Positions 1 to 8,834 of a stretch of 64,000 nucleotides of DNA are shown here, piece after piece. The stretch lies in NCBI GenBank assembly GCA_049523455.1, contig JBEKMW010000007.1, positions 7,918-71,917 on the forward strand, written 5' to 3'. Source of the stretch: Verrucomicrobiota bacterium. Its GTDB lineage: Bacteria; Verrucomicrobiota; Verrucomicrobiia; Limisphaerales; UBA11358. Position numbers and translations under genes: made by a program. The notes beneath the pieces are model-generated. The model was not told the DNA's origin. It worked only from the letters and a program-made list of their open reading frames with translations, and made no database searches. Position 1 is the stretch's first letter. Every line of letters begins with the position of its first letter.

Positions 1-312
1 GTAGGCCAGCAGCGCGGCGGATTTGTTTACGTCCCAGATCAGCAGCGCATTTTTGGGCGGGGTATCCGTCACGTGATGGTCAATGATTGCCCAGCCTCCC
101 TTGTCCAGCCGCGGCTCGAAGGTGAAATCGGCCACCCACGCGCCCGCCTCCCGCAGTTCGCGCTGCTTCCAGTAATTGTAGTGATACGCCTCCAGCGGCA
201 CGTCCGCCCCGAACAGCTTGGCCGCCAGGCGTTGCAGCAACACCCCCGCCAGGAACCCGTCCAGATCACTCTCGTGAGTGATGATCACCTCCGGCTTCGG
301 CAAGTCCGTCAT
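1..312 (-). CDS. DHH-family phosphoesterase, N-terminal 104 codons (gene runs off the window start)
   Basis: Not in ORF track because there is no stop in the window. Own translation from ATG 312-310 gives MTDLPKPEVIITHESDLDGFLAGVLLQRLAAKLFG...GGWAIIDHHVTDTPPKNALLIWD. The frame is open to nt 1. DxDG and DHH motifs are present. Confidence 0.55.
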   Translation of the reverse strand, partial: MTDLPKPEVIITHESDLDGFLAGVLLQRLAAKLFGADVPLEAYHYNYWKQRELREAGAWVADFTFEPRLDKGGWAIIDHHVTDTPPKNALLIWDVNKSAALLAY

Positions 313-441
313 GGGCTGAGATTAGTCCAACCCGGCGGACGTGGCGAGCAAGGAATTCTGCCGTGCCGGGAATGGGGCCTCCTTCCTTTTTTAAGCATGT
401 ATTGGGACCATGAACCAATTGCCGCGGCAGCGTCTTGGAGT

Positions 442-510
442 GCGGCGACATGTCGCCGCTTTTTTCGACGCGACGTGTCGCGTCGAAACAAAGCGCGGAC
501 ATGTCCGCGC
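442..510. repeat. REP-like cluster of three palindromes
   Basis: gcggcgacatgtcgccgc (442-459, perfect), tcgacgcgacgtgtcgcgtcga (465-486) and gcgcggacatgtccgcgc (493-510, perfect). A related copy gcgcggacgtgtccgcgc..tcgacgcgacatg lies at ~45036-45068. Confidence 0.8.
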
Positions 511-603
511 ACTCCCAAAAACCTGCGGGTGGACGTCCGGTTCATGGAGAGGTTCGCGGACCACCTGCTGCCTGCCGGGCCGAAGCTTCCGAGCGAAGGC
601 CGG

Positions 604-658
604 TTCCCTCTCCGCTCCCATCGGATGGGAGGGGAGAGGGTTAGGGTGAGGTGAGGGT
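604..658. repeat. REP-1 hairpin module
   Basis: ttccctctccgctcccatcggatgggaggggagagggttagggtgaggtgagggt. Nested stems ccctctcc/ggagaggg and ctccca/tgggag. Confidence 0.85.
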
Positions 659-761
659 CCGGCTTCATGGAGAGCCTCCTTTCGATTCATCGCGTGCATT
701 GGGACCATGAACCTGACGTAACCTGCCAGTCTCCCGAGTCACCCGTTGCGCCCGCCGACTG

Positions 762-860
762 TTCCCTCTCCTATTCCCTCGCCCATTCTGATGGGAGAGG
801 GACAGGGTGAGGGTATAGACTCTGATGGGAGGGGAGAGGGACAGGGTGAGGTGAGGGTTC
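762..860. repeat. Two tandem REP-1-like modules followed by a heptamer stutter (ggctatt series to ~915)
   Basis: ...cccattctgatgggagagggacagggtgagggt... and ...ctctgatgggaggggagagggacagggtgaggtgagggt. Confidence 0.75.
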
Positions 861-971
861 TGCCTTCATTGGCTATTGCCTATCGGCTATTGGCTATTGG
901 ATGTCGAATGTTCCCCGGTTCATGGGGAGGGAGAAGACGAGAACCGTGTCAACATGCGCACTCGGCAATGA

Positions 972-1787
972 TCAAGGCGGCGAGCCTTTCGGTTGGGGAG
1001 CGCCCTTCAGTTGATAGACGCGCACATAATCAACCAGGTACTGCTGGGGCAAATTGGCATCATCAATCCGGCCGCCGGAAGCGCCGCCCAACGCAAAATT
1101 GAGAATGAGGTAGTGAGGCTTGCGAAACGGGTTGTCCGCCACTTGGCCCGCCTTGTCAATCGAAACGGTGTGATACTTTTGGTGGTCGAAAAAGAAATCA
1201 ATCCGGTCCGGATACCACTCAATCGCATAGACGTGGAATCGCTTGTAGGGCTGGTCGGTTTTCACCCTGCCGCCGTCGGATCGGTGGCGGCCGGCTACCG
1301 CGTAATGCGCGGTGCCATAAATATGGTTGGTGTCCGTGCTGAAGAATTCCATGATATCCATCTCCCCGCAGGCCGGCCAGCCCACTTGGGCGAAATTCGT
1401 TCCCAAGGTCCAGAAAGCGGGCCAGACGCCCCCTCCCTGCGGAATTTTGGCCCGCATTTCAATCCGGCCATATTGCCAGCTCGCCCGATTTAGCGTGATG
1501 AGTGAGGCTGACGTGTATTCGACCGCTTCATGTCCGTCGGGTTTGAAATGTTCCTTGCGGCATTCTATGACCAGCCGGCCTTTTTCCACCCGGGCATTTT
1601 CCAGGCGTGCCCGGGTGTAATACTGGGCCTCGCGGTTGCGGACGAAACCCTCCTCGTAATCCCATTTGTTCGTATCCGGCAAGCCGTGGTAATTGAACTC
1701 ATCGGACCAAACCAGTTTCCATTGACCGGCCTGGCCCCAACCGGCGGTCAGGGCCAGCCCGGCAATGATCAACGTCAATGTCTTCAT
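972..1787 (-). CDS. Secreted glycoside hydrolase family 16 (beta-glucanase/laminarinase-like)
   Basis: Signal peptide MKTLTLIIAGLALTAG. GH16 catalytic motif GEMDIME (ExDxxE) and WPAFW are present. Start moved to ATG 1787 within track ORF 972..1811. Confidence 0.85.
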   Translation of the reverse strand: MKTLTLIIAGLALTAGWGQAGQWKLVWSDEFNYHGLPDTNKWDYEEGFVRNREAQYYTRARLENARVEKGRLVIECRKEHFKPDGHEAVEYTSASLITLNRASWQYGRIEMRAKIPQGGGVWPAFWTLGTNFAQVGWPACGEMDIMEFFSTDTNHIYGTAHYAVAGRHRSDGGRVKTDQPYKRFHVYAIEWYPDRIDFFFDHQKYHTVSIDKAGQVADNPFRKPHYLILNFALGGASGGRIDDANLPQQYLVDYVRVYQLKGAPQPKGSPP

Positions 1788-1797
1788 GGCGAAGACA

Positions 1798-3426
1798 CTA
1801 GTACAACTCATGTCCGGGAATGCTGCACGTGGGCGGCGTGTTGACGGCGTTGAGCGTGTAACTGCCGCCGGCGGGACAATGGGGAACCGAGCGCAAATAG
1901 GGCGTCAAGTCATTCATCGTGGGCACGTCCGTGGGCGTCTTGCCTTTTTCGAGGGCCCATTGTTGTTTGGCGGCGTCCAGTTGGCGCAGATTGTTGATGC
2001 AGGCATTGCGCTGCGACGTTTCGCGGGCTTTAATGAAATTCGGCACCGCAATCGCCGCCATGGCCGGAACGACCACCGCGGGCAGCAACGCCATGTTGGC
2101 GTAACTCTGGCTGCCGTTGCCCACCGCCAGGCGCCCTTCCGGGGTATTGATACCCACCGCGTAGGCGAAGGAAGGCCGGTTGCCCATGAACGACTGCAAC
2201 CAGTCTGCCATGCGCGGATCGGTCTTGCTGCTGGCGGCCATCGCCTTTTGCTGCACGCCCATCAACGTCTTCGCAAACTCCTGGCTCACGTAGGCAAAGG
2301 AGTTGCCCTGGTCCGGCACGCCTTGGGACAAATGTTTGAATTCATCGGTGGACTTCAGCCCCGGGGTCTTCCCGCTTTTCACCGCCAGCGCCTCGGTGAT
2401 CAAACCGTCGCTCGAGGCGATGAACAGGTAGCCGCCGCTGCTGGCCGCGCTGGGCCGAAGTTCGCCGATAAATGGCAGCGGATACACCAGCGTCCGCATT
2501 TTCAGGTCCGAATGGTCCACACTCACGAGTTCTTGGTTGGATTTTAACTGCTCATCAATGCGGTTGAAGATGGTGTCGTCGTTCACTTTCACGGCCAGCA
2601 ACACGCCCGGCGTGGGCACCGTCATCGCCCCCCCGGGCAGCGGCACGGGTATGCTGTTGGATTGATCGAGGGTGATCACCAGGCCGAATTCGCCGCCGAG
2701 TGAACCGAGAAACGTGTCCCATTTTACCTGGGTTTTTTGCTCAAAAACCGCGGGCACTTTCTGCATCCACGCTTGCGCCTCGGGCAGGCCGGATTGGGTG
2801 ATCTCCTTGTCCGCGGTGGTCCAGAGCAGATGCACGTCCAGGTCGGAAAAGATCGCCATCGCGGTATTGACCGGCAGCAAATCAAGGCCCGTGAGCGCGT
2901 GCGGGTCCTGGCCCGGAAGTTTCCAAAGAAAACCGGTGCCTTTGCCGGGATAATGATGCAGCACCGCCTTGTTGCGATACATGCCTTTTTCAATTTCCAC
3001 CGAACTGACTCCCACCCCGCTGACGTCCTCAATGCCGCTGTCCTGTATCAGACGAGTGACCACGTCGAATGCTTTGTTTACTTTGTCGGCCTGATCCGTC
3101 GTTAGGTTGGGCATGTTGACGAAGGTTTCCCGCCAGTGGCCGACCTTGGTGGAAAGTCCCTCGAGCCATTGCGCCGTACCCAGGTACAGGTAGAAATTGC
3201 CCCCGGGGTCGAGTTGCGAGGTGACCTCATTGAAGCTGGTCTTTTCCACTGAGACCACAGGGGACCCGGTCGCCCCGCTGTTGGGCGCGGCGGATTTATT
3301 GCCGCAGCCATAATTGAGGGTGGTAAGCGCGACGGCCAGAGCGAGCACCGGCACACGAAGGTTCAGGTTCATTTTCATCTTGCGCATATGGTTTTGGTTT
3401 TGCTGGCGGAATTCCATCACAGCCAA
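1798..3426 (-). CDS. Lipoprotein-like protein with a C-terminal TM segment and pseudopilin-like module
   Basis: N-terminus MKMNLNLRVPVLALAVALTTLNYGC looks like a lipobox. C-terminus reads ALLPAVVVPAMAAIAVPNFIKARETSQRNACINNLRQLDAAKQQWALEKGK...CPAGGSY. The start may be ATG 3387 rather than 3426. Confidence 0.6.
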   Translation of the reverse strand: MAVMEFRQQNQNHMRKMKMNLNLRVPVLALAVALTTLNYGCGNKSAAPNSGATGSPVVSVEKTSFNEVTSQLDPGGNFYLYLGTAQWLEGLSTKVGHWRETFVNMPNLTTDQADKVNKAFDVVTRLIQDSGIEDVSGVGVSSVEIEKGMYRNKAVLHHYPGKGTGFLWKLPGQDPHALTGLDLLPVNTAMAIFSDLDVHLLWTTADKEITQSGLPEAQAWMQKVPAVFEQKTQVKWDTFLGSLGGEFGLVITLDQSNSIPVPLPGGAMTVPTPGVLLAVKVNDDTIFNRIDEQLKSNQELVSVDHSDLKMRTLVYPLPFIGELRPSAASSGGYLFIASSDGLITEALAVKSGKTPGLKSTDEFKHLSQGVPDQGNSFAYVSQEFAKTLMGVQQKAMAASSKTDPRMADWLQSFMGNRPSFAYAVGINTPEGRLAVGNGSQSYANMALLPAVVVPAMAAIAVPNFIKARETSQRNACINNLRQLDAAKQQWALEKGKTPTDVPTMNDLTPYLRSVPHCPAGGSYTLNAVNTPPTCSIPGHELY

Positions 3427-3523
3427 CCACCATCGCGGCGAAAGTAAAGAGCTATTTATTTAAAATTCACGGTTTACGATTTACGAGGGGGATGGCCTGA
3501 AGCGGTCCATTGCGGTCTTTCGC

Positions 3524-3600
3524 GCCGCGCCTGCGTTTTGGACTGCGGTGGCAAGCGCAGCGCGACACCGCTTTGCGAACATCCTTTTAACCACCGGACA
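3524..3600 (+). repeat. REP-like module (ttggactgcggtggcaagcgcagcgcgacaccgcttt), copy 1
   Basis: cgcgcctgcgttttggactgcggtggcaagcgcagcgcgacaccgctttgcgaacatc... matches 20511-20595. Confidence 0.8.
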
Positions 3601-3768
3601 AGCCGGACTGGTTTCACCACCTTTAATTTGGACTGCGCCGGCAAAGCGGAGCGGCGACGGCGCTTTGGGAATGACCAAGCGTCTTGCGGCCCAGGCAGTT
3701 GCATCATTGAAAATTTTTGAAGAAAAATGTTGACACCAGCGTCTTAGTGTATTAATTGTAGTAGTACA

Positions 3769-4182
3769 GTGAGCTTGATCATCGCCATCAGCACCGGCTC
3801 GAAAATTCCGATCTACAAACAGATCGCCGACCAGGTCCGGCTCGCGGTGGTTACGGCCAAGCTGGCGGTCGGCGACCAGCTTCCCAGCGTCCGCGCCCTG
3901 GCGGAGGAACTGGTGGTGAATCCCAACACCGTCGCCCATGCCTACGCCGATCTGACGCGTGACGGGATGATTGAATCGCGGGCGGGGCGGGGCGTTTTTA
4001 TCGCCCGCAAACGCAAGGTGTTTACCAGTGAAGAGAGTTGGCGGCGCCTGGAGCCGCTGATTGACGCGGCCATCGGCGAGGCGCTGGCGCTGGATTTTAC
4101 CCACGAAGAGTTGCAGGCGGCGTTTGAGAGGAAGCTCCGCCAGTGGAAACACGTGAAAGGAGGCAAACCAGTCAATGAATGA
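3769..4182 (+). CDS. GntR-family (YtrA-like, short) transcriptional regulator
   Basis: KIPIYKQIADQVRLAVVTAKLAVGDQLPSVRALAEELVVNPNTVAHAYADLTRDGMIESRAGRGVFIA is a GntR winged helix-turn-helix. GTG start. The 3' end overlaps the next gene. Confidence 0.85.
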   Translation: MSLIIAISTGSKIPIYKQIADQVRLAVVTAKLAVGDQLPSVRALAEELVVNPNTVAHAYADLTRDGMIESRAGRGVFIARKRKVFTSEESWRRLEPLIDAAIGEALALDFTHEELQAAFERKLRQWKHVKGGKPVNE

Positions 4183-5104
4183 TCAACCCGTTATTCAGAC
4201 CCGCGGCCTGACCCGGTACTTTGGCCGCAAACCGGCGGTGGAAGACCTGAACCTGGACGTGCCACGCGGAAGTGTCTTTGCCTTTCTCGGTCGCAACGGT
4301 TCGGGCAAGACCACAACGATCCGCATGCTGCTGGGACTGCTGCAGCCCACGCGCGGCGAAGCCACCATCCTCGGTTACAATATCCTCAGCCTGCTTCCGG
4401 AAGCCAGGGCGCGCATCGGTTATCTCACCGAGGAACATCAACTCTACGCCTGGATGAGCGTCCAGGAGTGCGGCGACTTTCAATCGCGCTTTTATCCGCG
4501 TTGGAACGGAAAAATTTTCCGCGGAGTAATCGGGCATTTTAATCTCCGACCGGCCGCCCGGGTAAGGGACCTGTCGCGCGGCGAACAGGCGGGACTGGCT
4601 TTGGCATTGACGCTGGCGCCGGAACCGGAACTGCTGATTCTGGACGATCCCACGATGGGATTGGATCCGGTGGCTTCCCGGTCGGTCGTTGAATCCATGA
4701 TTTACCTCACCCGCCGTGCCGACCGGACGATATTCTTCTCCTCGCACCAACTGGCCGACGTGGAACGGGTGGCCGACTACATTGCAATTTTGGATCGAAG
4801 TGTTCTGCGCGCCTGCTGCACCTTGGAAACCTTTTCCAAGAGTGTGCAGCGCGTGCGCCTCCGCTTTCCTGGCGCCCCGCCGCCATTGCCTGAAATACCG
4901 GGACTGTTGCAGGCGCAACGGGCGGAAGGCGAACTCCGGGTGACTTGCGTCCATTACAACGGCGCGACCGAAAAAGTCTTGCGGGCGCTGGCGCCGGAGC
5001 AGATGGAGCTGGTTCCCATCAGCCTGGAGGATGCGTTCATCAGTTACCTGGGCGAGCGGGGCGAGAAATCATTCATTCTATCGGAAACGGAGGCACAACC
5101 ATGA
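4175..5104 (+). CDS. ABC transporter ATP-binding protein
   Basis: Walker A GRNGSGKTT, signature LSRGEQAGLALA and Walker B LLILDDPTMGLD are present. Overlaps the GntR gene by 8 nt. Confidence 0.9.
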   Translation: MNDQPVIQTRGLTRYFGRKPAVEDLNLDVPRGSVFAFLGRNGSGKTTTIRMLLGLLQPTRGEATILGYNILSLLPEARARIGYLTEEHQLYAWMSVQECGDFQSRFYPRWNGKIFRGVIGHFNLRPAARVRDLSRGEQAGLALALTLAPEPELLILDDPTMGLDPVASRSVVESMIYLTRRADRTIFFSSHQLADVERVADYIAILDRSVLRACCTLETFSKSVQRVRLRFPGAPPPLPEIPGLLQAQRAEGELRVTCVHYNGATEKVLRALAPEQMELVPISLEDAFISYLGERGEKSFILSETEAQP

Positions 5105-7089
5105 AGACATTGATTCGAAAGGAGTTGCGGGAAAATTTCATCGTGGCCGTGGTCGCCTTCGTCATATTCACGTTTTGCATGGTGGTTGCTTACCACAATC
5201 GCAATTTATCGTCGTCGGATCCGTTGCTGGCCGTGCCGTCCGCAGCCAACTTTCTCTGCGCTATTTTCGGCGCCGTGCTCGGCTGGCTGCAGATCCACAA
5301 CGAACGGCATCCTGACCTTTGGGCGTTTCTGATTCACCGGCCTGTGCCGCGGGCCAGGATTTTCATGGCCAAAGTCATCGCCGGCCTTTGTCTTTATTCG
5401 CTGGGCGCTGGCCTGCCTTTTCTTGGCCTGCTCGTGATGGTGCGGATACCCGGGCACATAGCCGCCCCTTTTGAATGGGGGATGGTCCTGCCGTTCACCG
5501 CTTTCTTTCTAGCCGGCATCGTTTATTATTTTGCGGGAATTCTGACCGGCGTCCGGCAGGCGCGTTGGTATCTCAGCCGCGGGCTGGGTTTGGGTGTGGG
5601 CATCGTCGTTTCTGTGGCGATCACGTTTGCGCCTGAGTTCTGGCAGGCGCTGGTCTTGATCCTGGTGGGCGGCACCATTGTCGCGCTGGCGGCCTGGGGC
5701 AGCTTTATGAGCCACGGCTATTATCGCGGACAACCAGCCTCGGGCCGGCGAATGCTCGTGGTTTCGCTGACAGTGGGATGCAGTCTCGTGGTCTTTATAG
5801 TAATGGCAGTGCTTGAGGCGCTGCTTCCGCAGCCAACCCAACATGGCTATTCGTCGAGCTATCAGATGACGAGGGATGGCTCGATTTACATAAATAAGCA
5901 GCCGGTGCGAAAACCGGCGGAAATTGCGGACCTGAACGGCGTGACGCTCAAGGGCGCCAAGACCGGACGCCCAATCACTTGGGCGGACTTGGATTACCCT
6001 CTAGCTTATGGATGTGAGGTCCGGCCGGAATATGAGGACCAGGCGCAATACCAAAAGAGGCATCAAGAATCATACCTGCAAACCTCGCACTATTTCAACC
6101 TCTGGCGGCAAACGCCCGACACGCTCTGGTATTGGACCTGGAATGGGCGCTTATTGGCGTATGATATTGCGTCCAGCCGGTTTCTTGGCAGCCTTGGACC
6201 CGATGGTTTTAGCCCGGATCAGGCCGCCGGCGTACGTCGTTTCAGCCGCCCGGGAATTTGGACGCTCATGACGGACACGGCGGTTTATCAAATAGACCTT
6301 GAGAAGCGCGCTGCCAGTGTTTTGTTTGCGACGACGAATGGCGAGCCCATTGGCGGCGCCGCGGATTTTTCGGCTAGAGGTTACGGGGACTATACCATTG
6401 TGGCGACCAGGCGGTCCATCCAACTGTTGACGGCAGACGGAAAACAGGTTTGGCAAATACCTTATGAACCGGCATATCCAACTTATTGGGAAGTTGCAGT
6501 AAACTTTCTGGAACCAACCAACCGGTTTGCGGTTTGGTTCAGACCATCCGATCAAACCAATCGAATCATGAATTGGACCTTGCCCACGCACGTGGTCTGG
6601 CTCAGTGCCGGGCAGGGGATGCTTGGCAGCACAAATCTGCCGGCCCTGACAAACCGGGTAGAATGGACACGGCTTTGGGACAGGGAATTGTTCAACTCGG
6701 CTCAGCCACCGGCAGTTTATTTCATCACGCCATTGGTTTATGGCAGGACGCCGCACTATACGACCGTTCCGTGGAACGCGGTACGCTTAAGCATGGTGGC
6801 GGCCATTGTCTGTGCCGTGGTTGGCTGGGTTTTGGGGCGGCGGTATCACTTTGGCGTCGGGGCGCAAGTGAAGTGGGCGGGGTTCCATCTGGTGTTCGGC
6901 GTGCCGGGGCTTTTGGCTTTTCTCTGCGTGCAGGAGTGGCCGGCGCGCGAAACCTGTCCGAACTGCAAAAAGCCGCGGCTGGTGGACCGCGAACAATGTG
7001 AATTCTGTGGAGCGGCCTTCGCGCCACCGCCGCGGACGGGAATCGAAATTTTCGAAACCATTGGGGCCATGCCCCGGCCACCGGGGTGA
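5101..7089 (+). CDS. ABC-2-type permease-like membrane protein with a large extracytoplasmic domain and C-terminal zinc ribbon
   Basis: ATG 5101 overlaps the ATPase stop (ATGA). Multiple hydrophobic helices in the first ~250 aa, then a ~330-aa soluble segment and 2 more helices. Ends with CPNC-x10-CEFC at 6955-7010. Confidence 0.7.
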   Translation: MKTLIRKELRENFIVAVVAFVIFTFCMVVAYHNRNLSSSDPLLAVPSAANFLCAIFGAVLGWLQIHNERHPDLWAFLIHRPVPRARIFMAKVIAGLCLYSLGAGLPFLGLLVMVRIPGHIAAPFEWGMVLPFTAFFLAGIVYYFAGILTGVRQARWYLSRGLGLGVGIVVSVAITFAPEFWQALVLILVGGTIVALAAWGSFMSHGYYRGQPASGRRMLVVSLTVGCSLVVFIVMAVLEALLPQPTQHGYSSSYQMTRDGSIYINKQPVRKPAEIADLNGVTLKGAKTGRPITWADLDYPLAYGCEVRPEYEDQAQYQKRHQESYLQTSHYFNLWRQTPDTLWYWTWNGRLLAYDIASSRFLGSLGPDGFSPDQAAGVRRFSRPGIWTLMTDTAVYQIDLEKRAASVLFATTNGEPIGGAADFSARGYGDYTIVATRRSIQLLTADGKQVWQIPYEPAYPTYWEVAVNFLEPTNRFAVWFRPSDQTNRIMNWTLPTHVVWLSAGQGMLGSTNLPALTNRVEWTRLWDRELFNSAQPPAVYFITPLVYGRTPHYTTVPWNAVRLSMVAAIVCAVVGWVLGRRYHFGVGAQVKWAGFHLVFGVPGLLAFLCVQEWPARETCPNCKKPRLVDREQCEFCGAAFAPPPRTGIEIFETIGAMPRPPG

Positions 7090-7306
7090 CGCGGCCGGGC
7101 AGAATGCCGGCGACCGTTATTTCGCGTGCCACCAAGCCCGGATATCGTCCATGGCTTGGTGCACGAGAATGGGAAGATCATGAATTGCCGTGCGCAATTC
7201 CGGAAAATAATGGACGGCCAACCATAGCTGATGCGGCAGTACTGGTGCTGGTGTATTGAGAACGGTTTCCGCTTGGATCCCCGCGCGATTGTGTTAGCGT
7301 AGAGGC

Positions 7307-7531
7307 ATGTCGGAACGCATTTCCATCAAGCGGAATGTTTGCAACGGGCGGCCGGTTATTCGCGGCACGCGCATTGCCGTGCAAACGATTCTGGAATTTC
7401 TTGCCGCCGGCGATTCCGTCGAGGACGTGCTGGAGGAATATCCCCGGCTTACCCGCGCTGACGTGCAAGCGTGCCTGGATTACGCTTCACGCGTGATGGG
7501 CAATCATTTCTCCGTCGTGCAGGCGGCATGA
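7307..7531 (+). CDS. DUF433-family antitoxin-like protein
   Basis: ISIKRNVCNGRPVIRGTRIAVQTILEFLAAGDSVEDVLEEYPRLTRADVQACLDYA is the typical DUF433 core. Stop overlaps the next start (ATGA). Confidence 0.8.
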   Translation: MSERISIKRNVCNGRPVIRGTRIAVQTILEFLAAGDSVEDVLEEYPRLTRADVQACLDYASRVMGNHFSVVQAA

Positions 7532-7869
7532 AGGGCTTTCTTTTCGACGAAAGCCTGCCCGCGCGACTGCGGTTTTCGCCAAAGCTTCCGATTGTTTTGA
7601 TTTCCAAAGTTGGCAAAAATCCGAGCGATTCACAGGTTTGGGAATATGCCCGGCGGCATGATTTGGTCATCGTCAGTAAGGATGCGGATTTTTCGGATCG
7701 GATTATCACGCACTCCCCGCCGCCGTGGGTGGTTCACCTGCGATTCGGCAACCTCCGCAAGAATGACTTCCACGCCTTGCTTGCGCGTGTCTGGCCGCAG
7801 ATTGAAACCCTGCTTAAAACCCACAAGCTCGTGAACGTTTATTCCGACCGTTTGGAAGGCATCGGTTGA
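7528..7869 (+). CDS. DUF5615-family PIN-like putative toxin
   Basis: MKGFLFDESLPARL...VWEYARRHDLVIVSKDADFSD. Translationally coupled to the DUF433 gene. Start chosen at ATG 7528 inside track ORF 7471..7869. Confidence 0.7.
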   Translation: MKGFLFDESLPARLRFSPKLPIVLISKVGKNPSDSQVWEYARRHDLVIVSKDADFSDRIITHSPPPWVVHLRFGNLRKNDFHALLARVWPQIETLLKTHKLVNVYSDRLEGIG

Positions 7870-8211
7870 CGAAACTTGGCTGCTGCCTCGTAAATTGTTT
7901 CGTTCCAAGGGGCCTGGCACCAGGGGTTAGGCGAGACGGTTTTCGTGGCCGCCAGCCCCGTCTTGGGCTTGGCCGTCCTGGTGGTCTCGGCGGTAACGCC
8001 CCCCAGCTTGGGCAACGGCGTGCTCTGCCGGATCACCGCCCCCTGGTTGCTCCGCTGGATTTCTTCATAAACTTCCTTCCGATGCACCGGCACGTCGCTG
8101 GGGGCTTCGATGCCCGCTTTCACCACGTCGCCCTCCACGCGCACAATTTTTTATGTGAATGCGCCCATCAATAACGATGCTCTCGCCAGATTTTCTCGAA
8201 AGTATGAGCAT
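7839..8211 (-). pseudogene. csrA: csrA (carbon storage regulator) interrupted by a +1 frameshift in an A6 run
   Basis: ATG 8211 gives MLILSRKSGESIVIDGRIHIK. One extra A in the run at 8147-8152 shifts the frame. The other frame continues (I)VRVEGDVVKAGIEAPSDVPVHRKEVYEEIQRSN (track ORF 7839..8144). Confidence 0.8.
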
Positions 8212-8232
8212 GGGATAAAAAATGCAAACGGT

Positions 8233-8493
8233 TCAAGCCACGGGCAACGCATGTTGCGCGGAATAATTGGCGGCGTTGGCGATAATGACCTGTTTGCCCA
8301 CGTGCCTGTGGCGGTTGATGACGATGGGGCCCTTCAAATTGATGGTGGTCTCGTTGGCGTCGTGCAACGTTACGATGGTCAGCACCAGCGTGTCGCTCGC
8401 GTCCTTGACCCCGAGAAAACCCACGTCCGGCTGGGAAATATCGGTCCTGCCGACCTCCGGTGTCAGGGCTTTCCCTGACGCGAAAATATCCAT
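8233..8493 (-). pseudogene. fliW: FliW-family protein, C-terminal ~60% only
   Basis: TLVLTIVTLHDANETTINLKGPIVINRHRHVGKQVIIANAANYSAQHALP matches the FliW C-terminus (B. subtilis ...STANLMAPIIVNHKEKLAKQVVLHD...). All three frames are closed within 45 nt upstream of ATG 8493. Confidence 0.6.
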
Positions 8494-8834
8494 TTCCCCG
8501 ACTACGCGGAATGCTTCAAGGCAGGTAAACTCCTAAGATTTGTGGAACGGGATTGGCAGAGGCGAGTTTGGATCGTTAAAGACACGCTGAGGAGGGGGGA
8601 AAGCATCAGGCCGCGCGGGAAATTTCCGTGCGGCCGCTGTTTTTCCGGCCGGCGAACTTGCCCCAAAACGGCACCGTTACGCGGCAGAGGTACACGGTGA
8701 ATAACCGGTAAATAACTCACGGTTGATTTCCGTGCGGGAATGGGCGAATGGTTGTATAAGATAGTGAGAATGATTAAATTAGGAAACATGTTAATTGCTC
8801 GTCGTGATCCGCGATCCGGGGGGGTGGATAAAAA

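Noticed and set aside
73-708. Several 70-190-aa ORFs on both strands in the first 700 nt.
   Set aside because: They overlap the antisense of the DHH-family gene or run through REP palindromes and the REP-1 hairpin. Their translations are low-complexity repeat products.
3730-3758. Sigma70-like promoter upstream of the GntR gene (TTGACA at 3730-3735).
   Set aside because: The -35 hexamer is perfect, but no acceptable -10 lies at 16-18 nt spacing. The best candidates, attaat and tattaa, are at 15 and 14 nt. This is too weak to list as a feature.
7095-7270. Minus-strand start-less ORF fragment ...ETVLNTPAPVLPHQLWLAVHYFPELRTAIHDLPILVHQAMDDIRAWWHAK*.
   Set aside because: It has protein-like composition but no start codon before the last ~14 codons, no recognisable motif and only ~58 codons. 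It may be a gene relic, but this is not supportable.
8147-8152. Programmed ribosomal frameshift in csrA at the A6 run.
   Set aside because: No supporting slippery heptamer plus downstream structure is evident. A homopolymer sequencing error or a simple mutation is more parsimonious. It is kept only as a frameshift observation.
8494-8700. Looked for the missing FliW N-terminal half in alternative frames upstream of 8493.
   Set aside because: Stops close all three frames within 45 nt, and further upstream translations show no FliW-like F..G.PGF / LQS motifs.
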